Position numbers and translations under genes: made by a program. The notes under the pieces were generated by a model. That model was not told where the DNA came from, ran no database searches, and saw nothing but the letters and a program-made list of their open reading frames with translations. Of a stretch of DNA of 64,000 nt, positions 40,480 to 50,111 are shown one piece after another. The number at the start of each line of letters is the position of its first letter. The stretch's first letter is position 1. The DNA comes from Clostridia bacterium. Its GTDB lineage: Bacteria > Bacillota > Clostridia > RGIG6154. Location of the stretch: the NCBI GenBank assembly GCA_017410375.1, contig JAFQQW010000051.1:102733-166732 (forward strand), written 5' to 3'.

Positions 40480-42067
40480 TCAGCTTTAAGATGTATTTTG
40501 AGCCAGGCATTGCTTCCACGTCCTGCTTTTTCAGTGCACGAAGGGCTACCAGAAGCACAAGATAGGTCACACCGCCTGCGCCAATAGCCACCAGCAGGGA
40601 CAAATTGCTTCCCAGGAACGGAACAAGCACAAGATTTACATAATATGCCACAACGCCCATCAGCGCAACCGCACAAAGGGTTTTAAGGATAAAGCCCCAT
40701 CCGTAGTTGGGATGTAAAAGCTTCTGTACAGAAAGCAGGTTTAACACCATAACGGTCAGATAACAAAGCACAGTACCGTAAGGTGCACCATTGATATTGA
40801 TGCTTGGATTGCCGACCAGAATAAAGTTTACAATGATTTTAACCACGCCACCCAACAGCATATGGATAACAGGTGTCCACACCTTTCCGTTGGACTGTAA
40901 AATGGCATTGGAAACCATAACCACCGAAACAAACGCCACACCGTATGCCAGAACGGTTAACATGTCTGCACCGCCCACATCTTTGATGACTAAGTTCAGA
41001 ATCGGACCTGCCAGCACGGACATACCGATGGCACAGGGCAATGCAAAAAGCAGAGCGATACGGATTGCGGTTTCGGTTGTAGCTTTTGCTTCTGCAAATT
41101 TTTTAGCAGTAAGCGCAGTTGAAATTGCAGGCACGACGCTGACACTTAAGGACGCCACCAATGCAGGAGGCAGATTGAACATGGTCATCGCATCGTTATA
41201 ATACCCCCACATGGTACTGCGTTCTTTTTCAATATATCCCAGACCTTTAAGCAGATTTACAATCATGGTCAGGTCAATAAAGCTTGCAAGGGTGAATACC
41301 GCAGAGCCGATGGTAATGGGAACTGCAAGCTTTAACAGCTTTACAAGAATGGTTTTGGAGGGCGAAACAACGCTTCCCTCGGCACTTTCTTTTTCCTTGA
41401 GTACTTTTTTGGTGGCGCGGAACTGGAAAAACAGATATACTGCGCCCAAAAGTGCACCGCAGGATACACCTAAAATTGCACCGGCAGCCGCCATGGACTG
41501 GGATACGGTGCTTTCGGGATTTGTCTTGTCCAGCAAAACAAATGCAAGGGCAAGACCGATAATCAGCTTACCGCAGGATTCAATCAGCTCAGAGGTTGCG
41601 GTTGGAATCATGTTACTCATACCCTGGAACATACCTCTGTACACACTCATGCATGCCACAAAGAACAGACAGGGTGCAAGCGCCATAATGGGTCTCCAGG
41701 CTTCCGAAATACCAATACTATTTGCAAAAAGCTTTGCACCAAAGAACAAAATCAAACTGCCGACAATGCCGATCACCAGCAGCAGCTTTTGGGCAATTTT
41801 CTGAATTTGCAAAGCTTCTTTAAAATTATTTTTTGCAATGCTTTCCGAAACCATTTTGGAAATGGCAACCGGTAGGCCTGCCGTTGCAATAATAAACAAT
41901 ACATTATAAATGGTATACGATGAGGTATAAATACCGTAGCCTTCACCCGAAAGCACAAAACGGCGGATGGGAATTTTAAACAATGCACCCAGAAGCTTTA
42001 CCAGCAAGTTGGTAACGGCAAGTATCAGTGCACCTTTTAAAAAGGGTTGTTTTTTTAATTCTGACAA
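40463..42067 (-). CDS. MOP-superfamily polysaccharide biosynthesis/flippase protein (SpoVB/YabM-like)
   Basis: ~14 TM helices; N-terminal LLVKLLGALFKIPIRRFVL typical of SpoVB/Wzx-like proteins; adjacent to mazG as yabM is in Bacillus. Confidence 0.8.
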   Translation of the reverse strand: MSELKKQPFLKGALILAVTNLLVKLLGALFKIPIRRFVLSGEGYGIYTSSYTIYNVLFIIATAGLPVAISKMVSESIAKNNFKEALQIQKIAQKLLLVIGIVGSLILFFGAKLFANSIGISEAWRPIMALAPCLFFVACMSVYRGMFQGMSNMIPTATSELIESCGKLIIGLALAFVLLDKTNPESTVSQSMAAAGAILGVSCGALLGAVYLFFQFRATKKVLKEKESAEGSVVSPSKTILVKLLKLAVPITIGSAVFTLASFIDLTMIVNLLKGLGYIEKERSTMWGYYNDAMTMFNLPPALVASLSVSVVPAISTALTAKKFAEAKATTETAIRIALLFALPCAIGMSVLAGPILNLVIKDVGGADMLTVLAYGVAFVSVVMVSNAILQSNGKVWTPVIHMLLGGVVKIIVNFILVGNPSININGAPYGTVLCYLTVMVLNLLSVQKLLHPNYGWGFILKTLCAVALMGVVAYYVNLVLVPFLGSNLSLLVAIGAGGVTYLVLLVALRALKKQDVEAMPGSKYILKLIGRFI

Positions 42068-42237
42068 AACAGTTCCTCCTTTAATTTAATCCTTTGATTT
42101 CAGATTCTAATATAATATTATAGCAAACTTTTACCGAAAATGCAAATATTTCTTTAAAAACATGTACAAACCTCAGAATTGACAAAAACACGTATTTATG
42201 ATATGATTAAAAAAAAGCCGAAAGAGGTTGTAAGAAT

Positions 42238-42417
42238 ATGGAAGAAATTTGTGCTGTTTGTATATACGGAAAGCCTATGATGGACGGCGAATATGTGCTT
42301 TGCCAGAAAAACGGACCCATGCGGGCATCCGCCTCCTGCAAAAAGCAAAAGACTGATTTAACCAAGGTAAATCTGCGTCGCAAAAGAACCATTGCAAAAT
42401 TTTCTGAAAACGAATGA
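42238..42417 (+). CDS. Small Cys-rich protein (59 aa; CxxC-x13-C-x12-C), not present in the ORF track
   Basis: RBS AAAGAGG 10 nt upstream of ATG; terminator immediately downstream; MEEICAVCIYGKP... Confidence 0.55.
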   Translation: MEEICAVCIYGKPMMDGEYVLCQKNGPMRASASCKKQKTDLTKVNLRRKRTIAKFSENE

Positions 42418-42418
42418 A

Positions 42419-42445
42419 AAAACCGCCAAAGGGCGGTTTTTTTAT
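42419..42445. terminator. Bidirectional rho-independent terminator (aaccgcc-aaa-gggcggtt plus T7)
   Basis: Hairpin with T-runs on both strands; serves the small ORF (+) and the dac-like gene (-). Confidence 0.75.
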
Positions 42446-43719
42446 TCGTCATTTGCCTGCATAATTTCACGCTTTTTCCGGCGCAATGCTTCTTTTTTTC
42501 TTTGCTTTTTCTGATGGGTAACAGTCCCCCACACAAAAACCACAAGCACAATCAAAAGCAACCAGGTGTTGATGCCGGAAAACAGATGATATATATAGCT
42601 GAAAGGCGAAAATCCGATTTTCTTTTCAGACACAATCGGACAGCTTGCAATCCTGTTACCGTTATAGTAATAAGAAACCTCACCCAAGGGCTTGTTTTTT
42701 TCAACCGTTGCCTGTAATTTTTCCGGCACATTTACCTTGCTTGTCAGCAATTCTTCATCGTAATCGGAAGGCAGAAGTGCAGCAATATCCTTTTCTGCCA
42801 CTAAAACCGCCTGGGTCGCAATCGCACCTTTTACAGGCACCTGTTTTATAAAAGCACCTTTTTTTACAAGCACCACCGAGCGGAAGCTGTTAAAGCCATG
42901 CTCGAACAGGTTAATCATGTCCTTATATACCTGCGTGGAATCGTCGGGGGTATTGATTACAAAGCCATATATCTGTTTATCGCCCTGCTCTGCCACCGCA
43001 ATCAGCGATGCACCTTTTCCGCTGAAGGAAACGAGTGCGCCGGTTGCCAGGGAATATGTATAGGATGAATAGGTATAATTGCTCAAAAGATGATTACGGG
43101 AGCTGAAGGTGTCCGTTCCGTCTGCAACAGGCAAATCAAACAGCACCGAGCCGATAACTTCCCGATAAAGAGGAAGGCTCATGGCATGCTTTAAAAGCCT
43201 GTACAAATCCGATACGGTTGTACCTGCACTTTTATCCTCCCGTCCGTCGGGAGAAGTAAATTTCGTTTTTGTCATGCCAAGGCTCTCAGCTTTTTTATTC
43301 ATTTCCGCCACAAAGGCTTTTTCAGAACCGCTGTGTGCAACCGCCAGCGTTACGGCAGACGCGTCCGAGTATAAAAGCAGCATGTTCTGCAAATGCTGTG
43401 TTACACTGTATACTCTGCCGGGTTCAGACCCCGAAAGATTTCCGAAAGAATTATAAAACACATTGGTTTCTTCCGTGAAAGGCACAGACTGGGCAGGATT
43501 CAGTTTTTCAATGGCAAGAACCGCGGTCATGATTTTGGCAAAATCATTGACACCAACATCTGTTTTACAGTTTTCTTCCAGCATAACCGCATCGGTAGAA
43601 CCGTCCACCAGCATGTAGGTGGGTGCCGTAATGGCATCAATGTTTTTTTGTGAAGCCTCAACCGGCACGGTTTGCAGCAGACATACCATGAGTAAAACAA
43701 CCGCTATTATTTTACGCAC
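42442..43719 (-). CDS. Serine-type D-Ala-D-Ala carboxypeptidase (PBP5/S11) homologue with degenerate active-site motifs, likely a pseudoenzyme; signal peptide and C-terminal TM anchor
   Basis: N-terminal region aligns to the DacA/DacF fold (MLVDGSTDAVMLEEN...KIMTAVLAIE), but SxxK reads DFAK and the KTG motif reads KGA. Confidence 0.6.
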   Translation of the reverse strand: MRKIIAVVLLMVCLLQTVPVEASQKNIDAITAPTYMLVDGSTDAVMLEENCKTDVGVNDFAKIMTAVLAIEKLNPAQSVPFTEETNVFYNSFGNLSGSEPGRVYSVTQHLQNMLLLYSDASAVTLAVAHSGSEKAFVAEMNKKAESLGMTKTKFTSPDGREDKSAGTTVSDLYRLLKHAMSLPLYREVIGSVLFDLPVADGTDTFSSRNHLLSNYTYSSYTYSLATGALVSFSGKGASLIAVAEQGDKQIYGFVINTPDDSTQVYKDMINLFEHGFNSFRSVVLVKKGAFIKQVPVKGAIATQAVLVAEKDIAALLPSDYDEELLTSKVNVPEKLQATVEKNKPLGEVSYYYNGNRIASCPIVSEKKIGFSPFSYIYHLFSGINTWLLLIVLVVFVWGTVTHQKKQRKKEALRRKKREIMQANDE

Positions 43720-43770
43720 CCAATCCTCTCCTTTCTCTTTTTATCAGTATACCAAAAAAAATACAAAAGT

Positions 43771-43800
43771 GCAACAGAAATTTTTTAATTTTTCTGTTGC
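43771..43800. promoter_or_regulatory. Perfect 10-bp inverted repeat GCAACAGAAA-N10-TTTCTGTTGC overlapping the -35 of the response-regulator promoter; candidate operator
   Basis: Seen directly in sequence; right arm shares TTGC with the -35 TTGCAA. Confidence 0.5.
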
Positions 43801-43825
43801 AATTCCGAAACATTTGTTATATAAT
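43797..43825 (+). promoter_or_regulatory. Sigma-A type promoter TTGCAA-N17-TATAAT upstream of the two-component operon
   Basis: Consensus-like hexamers with a 17-nt spacer, ~40 nt upstream of the RR start. Confidence 0.6.
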
Positions 43826-43866
43826 TGAAATATAAATGAAAATGTTTAATTTGCGGGAGGAAAAGC

Positions 43867-44553
43867 ATGAAAATCTTAATTGTTGATGACGAAAAATTAC
43901 TGGTAAAAGGTTTGAAATTCAACTTTGAACAGGACGGGTATACCGTTCTGACCGCTTTTGACGGTGAAGAAGCGGTACGCCTTGGCAGAGATAAAACCTT
44001 AGATATTATTGTGCTGGACCTGATGCTCCCGAAAATGGACGGCCTGACCGTTTGTCAGAAAATCCGCGAAACCTCCAATGTGCCGATTATCATGCTCACC
44101 GCCAAAAGTGATGACATGGACAAAATCATGGGACTGGAATACGGTGCGGATGACTATATGACAAAGCCTTTTAACATTTTAGAGCTTAAAGCCCGCGTAA
44201 AGGCTGTACTGCGCCGTAAAGGCAAGCCGGCTTCTCAGGAAAGCGCAAAAACTGCAGATGACAACAAGGGTGTTGTGTTGAACAAATTCTCCCGCAGTCT
44301 GAAAGTGGACGGACACGAAATAGAGCTTACCGTAAAAGAATATGCGATTATGGAACTGTTTATCGCAAACCCCGGCAGAGTGTATTCCAGAGACGATTTG
44401 TTAGACATTATATGGGGCTACGATTACCCCGGTGATGTGCGTACGGTGGATGTGCATATGCGCCGTCTGCGTGAAAAGGTAGAACCCAATCCCGCATCAC
44501 CCAAATATATCCTGACCAAATGGGGGGTAGGTTATTATTTTAAAGAAGCGTAA
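43867..44553 (+). CDS. OmpR/PhoB-family response regulator
   Basis: Receiver domain (D9, D10, D52-like, K102) plus winged-helix C-terminus (RVYSRDDLLDIIWG). Confidence 0.9.
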   Translation: MKILIVDDEKLLVKGLKFNFEQDGYTVLTAFDGEEAVRLGRDKTLDIIVLDLMLPKMDGLTVCQKIRETSNVPIIMLTAKSDDMDKIMGLEYGADDYMTKPFNILELKARVKAVLRRKGKPASQESAKTADDNKGVVLNKFSRSLKVDGHEIELTVKEYAIMELFIANPGRVYSRDDLLDIIWGYDYPGDVRTVDVHMRRLREKVEPNPASPKYILTKWGVGYYFKEA

Positions 44554-44674
44554 ACCAAAGGTTCAGAAGAATGTTGCTTCTGCGAAAGAAAACAAAAAAC
44601 AAAATACTGCAAAAAATAAAAAGCCGCGTACCACCCGTACGCGGCTGATTGTAACATATCTGGCAATTGTTGTC

Positions 44675-46039
44675 ATGACCCTTTTGTTTATCTCCACTTA
44701 TATTCTGGCGGCAATCAACGAGCATCTTTATAACCAGAGAAAAATGGAGCTTTTGGCAAATGCGAACGTTGTGGCAAATGTTATCAGCGAGTCGGTAAAG
44801 ACAGATGCAAATGATATCGCCTGGACTGTTTCCCGTCTGAAGGTGGACGACACCACCCGTATCATTGTAACCGACCATCTGGCACGGGTAATTTACGATA
44901 CCGGTGACTACGGCGACATCCGCGGGAAAATCCTGATGAAAGAAGAAATCATGTGTGCCTTAAACGGTCAGGACACGGTAAACGTTGACCAGGACAAGGA
45001 AATCGGTGCTGTGGTTGAGGGTGCGGTTACCGTAATTTCAGATACGGAAACGGTCGGCACTGTTTACATTTCCGAAACTGCACAGGACACCGAGGATTTT
45101 GTGGCAGACATCCGCTGGATTTTAATTGCCATTTCTATTGTGGTTTGCCTGCTGGTCGGTGTTTTGAGCTGGGTGATGGCAGACATCATCATCAGCCCCA
45201 TTGAAAAGCTGACCAAATTCATGTCTGACTTTGACTTAAGTAAAATGGACGAACGTTTTCCCGTGACCGGAAAGGACGAAATTGCGGAACTCGGCAAAGC
45301 CTTTAACAGCATGGCAGACCGTGTGGAGGACATGGAAGAAAAACGCCGTATTTTCGTTTCCAACGCATCTCACGAGCTGAAAACACCGCTTAGCTCCATC
45401 AAATTGCTTTCCGAATCGATTTTATCCATGCAGACCGGTGAGGATACCTATATTACAGAATTTATGACCGACATCAACGGCGAAGTAGACCGTCTGGCAC
45501 GTATTGTAGACCGTCTGCTGACTTTGACAAAATTAGACGCAGGTACTGAGCCGTTAGAGCTGAAAATGGCATCGGTAAACACGCTTTTAGAGCGCATTGT
45601 GCGTGCTTTAAAGCCCCAGGCGGACTTAAAAAACATTGCCATTGCAGTGGTTGAGGACAGTGAAGTGTTTGCGGAAATGGATTTGTCCAAAATGTGGCAG
45701 GTGGTTTATAACCTGACCGATAATGCCATCAAATACACCCCTGCTGGCGGTGTGGTAAAGGTGCTGTTGCACAATCAGGGAGATTTTTGCCGTATCAACG
45801 TAATTGATAATGGTATCGGTATTCCAAAAAAAGACGCCGAACACATTTTTGACCGCTTCTACCGCGTAGACAAAGCCCGTTCCCGGGAAAGCGGCGGTAC
45901 AGGTCTTGGTTTGTCTATTGTAAAGGATATGGTCGAGCTGCATCAGGGTAAAATCATGCTGGATTCGGTAGAGGGCGAAGGCTCTGATTTCAGCATTGTA
46001 TTTCCCAAAAAGCAGCACCGTGAAACTGAGGAGGGATAA
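44675..46039 (+). CDS. Sensor histidine kinase (2 TM, HAMP, HisKA, HATPase_c); true start uncertain, as the frame is open back to 44531 without ATG/GTG/TTG
   Basis: H-box SNASHELKTPLSS; N/G1/G2 boxes (DNAIKYT, DNGIGIP, GGTGLGLSIV). Confidence 0.8.
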   Translation: MTLLFISTYILAAINEHLYNQRKMELLANANVVANVISESVKTDANDIAWTVSRLKVDDTTRIIVTDHLARVIYDTGDYGDIRGKILMKEEIMCALNGQDTVNVDQDKEIGAVVEGAVTVISDTETVGTVYISETAQDTEDFVADIRWILIAISIVVCLLVGVLSWVMADIIISPIEKLTKFMSDFDLSKMDERFPVTGKDEIAELGKAFNSMADRVEDMEEKRRIFVSNASHELKTPLSSIKLLSESILSMQTGEDTYITEFMTDINGEVDRLARIVDRLLTLTKLDAGTEPLELKMASVNTLLERIVRALKPQADLKNIAIAVVEDSEVFAEMDLSKMWQVVYNLTDNAIKYTPAGGVVKVLLHNQGDFCRINVIDNGIGIPKKDAEHIFDRFYRVDKARSRESGGTGLGLSIVKDMVELHQGKIMLDSVEGEGSDFSIVFPKKQHRETEEG

Positions 46040-46040
46040 A

Positions 46041-46961
46041 ATGAATAAAACCTTAAAACGTATAACTGCTATTGTTCAGGTTCTGCTCTGTCTGGTTGGC
46101 ATAACTGCCTGCACACCTAAAGAACCCACACAAAAGGTTAATCTGTATTATCTGGACGAAGCAGGCACAATTTTAGAAGCCGAAACCCGTGAAATTCCCA
46201 AGACTGCGCATCTGACCGACACTGTCGGAATTGTCATGGCAGAGTTGTTAAAAGGGCCTGAGTCGGAATTTCTGCATTCCCCTTTCCCGGAGGGTGTGTC
46301 TGTAAACAGCCTGAACATCAACAATCGTATGGTGACTCTGGATTTTAACAGTAAGTTTGTGTTTAAAAAAGAAAGCGAAGCGCTGTTTGCGCGCACATCG
46401 CTGGTTCGAACCCTTTGTGATCTGAGCGGCATTGACCGGGTAAAGGTTACGGTTGCAGGAAAGCCCTTAACCTCTGTAGACGGCACCAAAATCGGCATCC
46501 TGCAAAAAAGTGATATTATAGATGATTCCGAGCTGGTGGTTGCGGATTACAAAGCTGTTGTGCTGTATTTTGCATCGGCAGACGGGCAGCATCTTGTTCC
46601 CGAATACAGAACGGTTATTGTTAATGCAAAAGAAAGTCTTGAAAATGTTCTGGTTAATGAACTGATTAAAGGCCCCGAAAATGACCATTTAAGCAAAACC
46701 ATTCCGCAAGAAACAAAAGTGCTGAGCATTGAAACCAAGGAAGGCATTTGCTTTGTAAACTTAAGCAAGGAATTCAAAACCGCACATCCGGGCGGATCAA
46801 TGGAAGAAACCATGACCATTTATTCTATTGTAAACACGCTCACGGGACTGCCAAACGTACAGAAGGTACAGTTTTTAATTGAGGGACAGAAAGAAGAAGA
46901 ATACATTCATTTTGTATTCAACGAACCGTTCCTGCCCGACAAAGCTTTAATTAAGCAATAA
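46041..46961 (+). CDS. Lipoprotein with two GerMN domains (spore germination/LpqB-like)
   Basis: RBS GAGGAGGG; lipobox LVGITAC; tandem GerMN-like halves. Confidence 0.75.
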   Translation: MNKTLKRITAIVQVLLCLVGITACTPKEPTQKVNLYYLDEAGTILEAETREIPKTAHLTDTVGIVMAELLKGPESEFLHSPFPEGVSVNSLNINNRMVTLDFNSKFVFKKESEALFARTSLVRTLCDLSGIDRVKVTVAGKPLTSVDGTKIGILQKSDIIDDSELVVADYKAVVLYFASADGQHLVPEYRTVIVNAKESLENVLVNELIKGPENDHLSKTIPQETKVLSIETKEGICFVNLSKEFKTAHPGGSMEETMTIYSIVNTLTGLPNVQKVQFLIEGQKEEEYIHFVFNEPFLPDKALIKQ

Positions 46962-46998
46962 CAAAAACCGCATTGCAAAACGCAATGCGGTTTTTCTT
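46962..46998. terminator. Bidirectional terminator (ccgcattgc-aaaa-gcaatgcgg plus T5)
   Basis: 10-bp stem with T-runs on both sides. Confidence 0.75.
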
Positions 46999-49146
46999 TT
47001 AATATAAATATTGATTCAAATCCGTCAGCACCGATTCATCCTCGATCTCCGAATCGGTCAGCAAAATGATGCCGTCGCTGTAGTAAACATTTTTGCCAAA
47101 GGCTTCGGCTAAAGCACGTACCGGAACATAGGTGCGTGCCATTTTGTTTTCAGGCGGTGCATCCAGCGGTAAAACTTCGCCGTCTATCGCGTACTGCGGA
47201 ATGTCGGTTGCAAACAAAAGGGTTTTGCCTTTAAGCTCAATTTTAATTTCATCTGTACCGCCCAGAATACCGGGGGTGCCCACATAAGAAACGGTTGCGC
47301 CTATAGACTCTGCGATAAAGCGAAGCGGTATTAAGGTGCGGTCTTTATCGTTGATATAAGGAACCGCGCTTTTGTTGTCCGGGTCAATGAATCGCTTGGA
47401 AAGGTTTGCATACGCAACATTTTCCGAAAGCTTTAAAACCAGACCCTGACTTGCAGAATATGCGCCTGCCGGGACAATTCGCGCGCTGTCGGCACGAAGA
47501 TATCCGGCACCGTTTCGCTTTAAGGAAACGGTAACCTTATCCCCTTTTTTCAGGTTGTAAACACCTAAATTTTCCATACCCGGCTCGGTGTTTAGTAAAT
47601 CCAAAGTAAATTCTTTTATCTGTTCGCCGTTTATGTATACAGCGCCCTTGGCTTCTTTATTGCTGTTGTCATAGCTCATGCGGTACAATTCAAGCAGATA
47701 CTTTGCATTTTCGGTTGCCACCAGGTTCCACTTGACTTCCGAATCCTGTGCATTTGCGTATGCCGACTGTGCTGTAAACCCTTTTATGCTGGATTTTAAC
47801 CAGTTGCCACTCATTTCAATATCGGAGCTTCCGCTGTTAATATCGTAAAGTGCCACTTCTCCCGGAATCTTTGTTGTCCGACAAGGGTCAATGGGCACCT
47901 TGCGGTTAAATTCGTCGGTCCCGTCAAAGCACACAAACGAAACATCATCCAAGTATACATCCCCCTTACCCTCAGCAGAAAGACTGATATACGCACGGTT
48001 ATCGGTAATCTCTACCTGCTCCATATTGATGATTGCAAAGTCCTCGCCCGTGGCTGTGCTGAAAGAAAACGCCTCGTCATTGACCTTTGCGGTAAGCTTT
48101 GTGAAATCCTCGCACTGCACATAAAATGAGAGCTGATACGTACCGTTTGCGATATAATTCAGATCCTGTGCTACCGTACCGCTTTTCTCAATTTTCAAAG
48201 CACCTGTACCTGTTCGGATATGTGCATCTTCTGTTTCTACAGAAATGTTATTGCTGTTTTTCGGTTCTAACCAGGATGCCGGCGTATCTAAACGCATTTT
48301 AGAAATGTCTGTGGTGTAGTTGACGCGGTTGTTATCATCAAAAGAGGGGTTTACAATGATATTTTCCCCTTTTAAAGGCATGGTGTAAAAGCGGAAATAA
48401 TCCCAGACCGATTCACCGGGTAGCTTTTTGTCATCAATCTCGCCGCTGAGTTCTGTATTGGCAAGAGCTGTCAGCCACAGATTCGGTCTGCCGTACATTT
48501 CCGCATCCCTGGATTCACCGATTTTTTCACCGTTTAAATACCACACAATGCGGTCAGGCAGGTATTCACAGCCTGCTACAAAATAGTCTTTTGCGGCATC
48601 GGTAAGGTTTCGGAACAGATATCCACCGTCCGCAGTCTGCACCCATTTCCGCGGACCTGCCAGATGTCCGCCCAGCCAGTAATGCAAATTGGGTGCAATA
48701 TTTGTGGTATTGTTGGAGTCTACTTCATAGATATCAATTTCAATAGACGAGTTAAAAGCAGGTGATGTAATGCCGTCTCCGTTTACGCCTGCTGTCCAGA
48801 ATGAGGAATGCAAGCCTCCCGTTCCCCCGAACAGCTTAGAGCGCACCTCATAATAGCCGTAGCCTAAGCCGAAGTTTGTAATCACCCCGCCCCCGCGATA
48901 GTCGCCATGGGATTTTTCAAAGCCGATATGTAAATTGCCGTCCGAAACGGTAACCATGGCAGGGTCGTTATAGCCTCCACGGGTTTTTACCCCTTCATTA
49001 CGGTAGTGCCAGTTTTCAAGATTCAGCTCTTTGCCGTCAAATTCATCCGCAAATGTAAGACTATAGCCTTCTCTTGGCGGTTCTGCAAAAGCTGTAATGC
49101 CAAAACAAAGCACAAACAGCATGCAGAAAAGGAAACATTTTTTCAT
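46999..49146 (-). CDS. Secreted GH16 beta-glucanase/laminarinase with beta-sandwich (CBM-like) modules and a C-terminal copper-amine-oxidase-N-terminal-like cell-wall binding domain
   Basis: Signal peptide; GH16 catalytic EIDIYE (ExDxxE); C-terminal DRTLIPLRFIAESIGA and RTYVPVRALAEAFG motifs. Confidence 0.8.
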   Translation of the reverse strand: MKKCFLFCMLFVLCFGITAFAEPPREGYSLTFADEFDGKELNLENWHYRNEGVKTRGGYNDPAMVTVSDGNLHIGFEKSHGDYRGGGVITNFGLGYGYYEVRSKLFGGTGGLHSSFWTAGVNGDGITSPAFNSSIEIDIYEVDSNNTTNIAPNLHYWLGGHLAGPRKWVQTADGGYLFRNLTDAAKDYFVAGCEYLPDRIVWYLNGEKIGESRDAEMYGRPNLWLTALANTELSGEIDDKKLPGESVWDYFRFYTMPLKGENIIVNPSFDDNNRVNYTTDISKMRLDTPASWLEPKNSNNISVETEDAHIRTGTGALKIEKSGTVAQDLNYIANGTYQLSFYVQCEDFTKLTAKVNDEAFSFSTATGEDFAIINMEQVEITDNRAYISLSAEGKGDVYLDDVSFVCFDGTDEFNRKVPIDPCRTTKIPGEVALYDINSGSSDIEMSGNWLKSSIKGFTAQSAYANAQDSEVKWNLVATENAKYLLELYRMSYDNSNKEAKGAVYINGEQIKEFTLDLLNTEPGMENLGVYNLKKGDKVTVSLKRNGAGYLRADSARIVPAGAYSASQGLVLKLSENVAYANLSKRFIDPDNKSAVPYINDKDRTLIPLRFIAESIGATVSYVGTPGILGGTDEIKIELKGKTLLFATDIPQYAIDGEVLPLDAPPENKMARTYVPVRALAEAFGKNVYYSDGIILLTDSEIEDESVLTDLNQYLY

Positions 49147-49208
49147 AGGTACACCCCACTTCTTTTGTTTGGCATCAGTATACCAAAATGCATGTTAAAA
49201 GTCAAGGG

Positions 49209-50099
49209 CTACATTTCTGCCTCCAAACGGGAAAAGAGTTTAGTACGGTCACCGTTTCCGTCCCGGTTATACCGCTTTAAATCCTTAAGTGTGCTTTCTT
49301 TGTTGATATAATTCATCCCCTCTTCACAGCCAAGGGTTACCTTATAGCCCATGCTTTCGACCACCTTTCGGCTTTCATTATTTACAGAGCCGAAGGGATA
49401 CGCAAAAGCATCTGCTGGTCTTTTAAGTTTTTGCTTCATGGTTTCCTGCATTTTTATCAAATCGTCATGCAGGATGTTCTGATAATACGCAACATCCTCG
49501 CCTTTATTACGTAAAATGCCATGCCGTGCATTCCAGTCGTGCATGCCGTAAGAATGGCTCTGGATATCCACCAGTCCCGAATCCTGCATTTCCTTAAGCT
49601 GTGTCCAGGTGGCATGGGAATAATTGTTGTTCAGCACCTCCCCCTCTTTGGAATAGGCATCTGCAAAGCACCCCACCACAGACAGCACCGCTTTCATGTT
49701 ATATTTTTTCAAAAGCGGAAACAGATAGGTGTAGTTATTATAATAGCCGTCATCAAAGGTAAGCATGATGGGCTTTTGGGGAAGCGGTACATCCTGTTCC
49801 TTGTAGGCAATCAAATCCTGCACCGTAACCGTTTGATACCCTCTGTCTTTCAGATATTCCAAATCCTTTTCCAGCTCACTTGGCAATATGACGTATTTTC
49901 CCACCCGATTCGGGTTATCCAGCACCGAATGATACATTAAAACGGGCAGACGTATATCTGTTTTGGCAGGCAGTTTTGCCGTTTCCTCGGTTTGCATGCT
50001 CAGGGCTACAAGCCCCAATGACAGCAAGCACAAACAGCCGATAAAAAACACATATTTTTTCGTTTTGGGCATTAAATACCCTGCGATTCTCTTTTTCAT
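49209..50099 (-). CDS. Polysaccharide deacetylase (NodB homology domain), PdaA-like
   Basis: LTFDDGY...HSYGMHD motifs; N-terminal TM anchor. Confidence 0.8.
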   Translation of the reverse strand: MKKRIAGYLMPKTKKYVFFIGCLCLLSLGLVALSMQTEETAKLPAKTDIRLPVLMYHSVLDNPNRVGKYVILPSELEKDLEYLKDRGYQTVTVQDLIAYKEQDVPLPQKPIMLTFDDGYYNNYTYLFPLLKKYNMKAVLSVVGCFADAYSKEGEVLNNNYSHATWTQLKEMQDSGLVDIQSHSYGMHDWNARHGILRNKGEDVAYYQNILHDDLIKMQETMKQKLKRPADAFAYPFGSVNNESRKVVESMGYKVTLGCEEGMNYINKESTLKDLKRYNRDGNGDRTKLFSRLEAEM

Positions 50100-50111
50100 G
50101 ATTTTCTCCTT

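Noticed and set aside
42207-42551. Minus-strand 114-aa ORF
   Set aside because: The N-terminal half is antisense to the better-supported small plus-strand Cys-rich ORF with RBS and terminator. The remainder overlaps the dac-like gene end. No RBS
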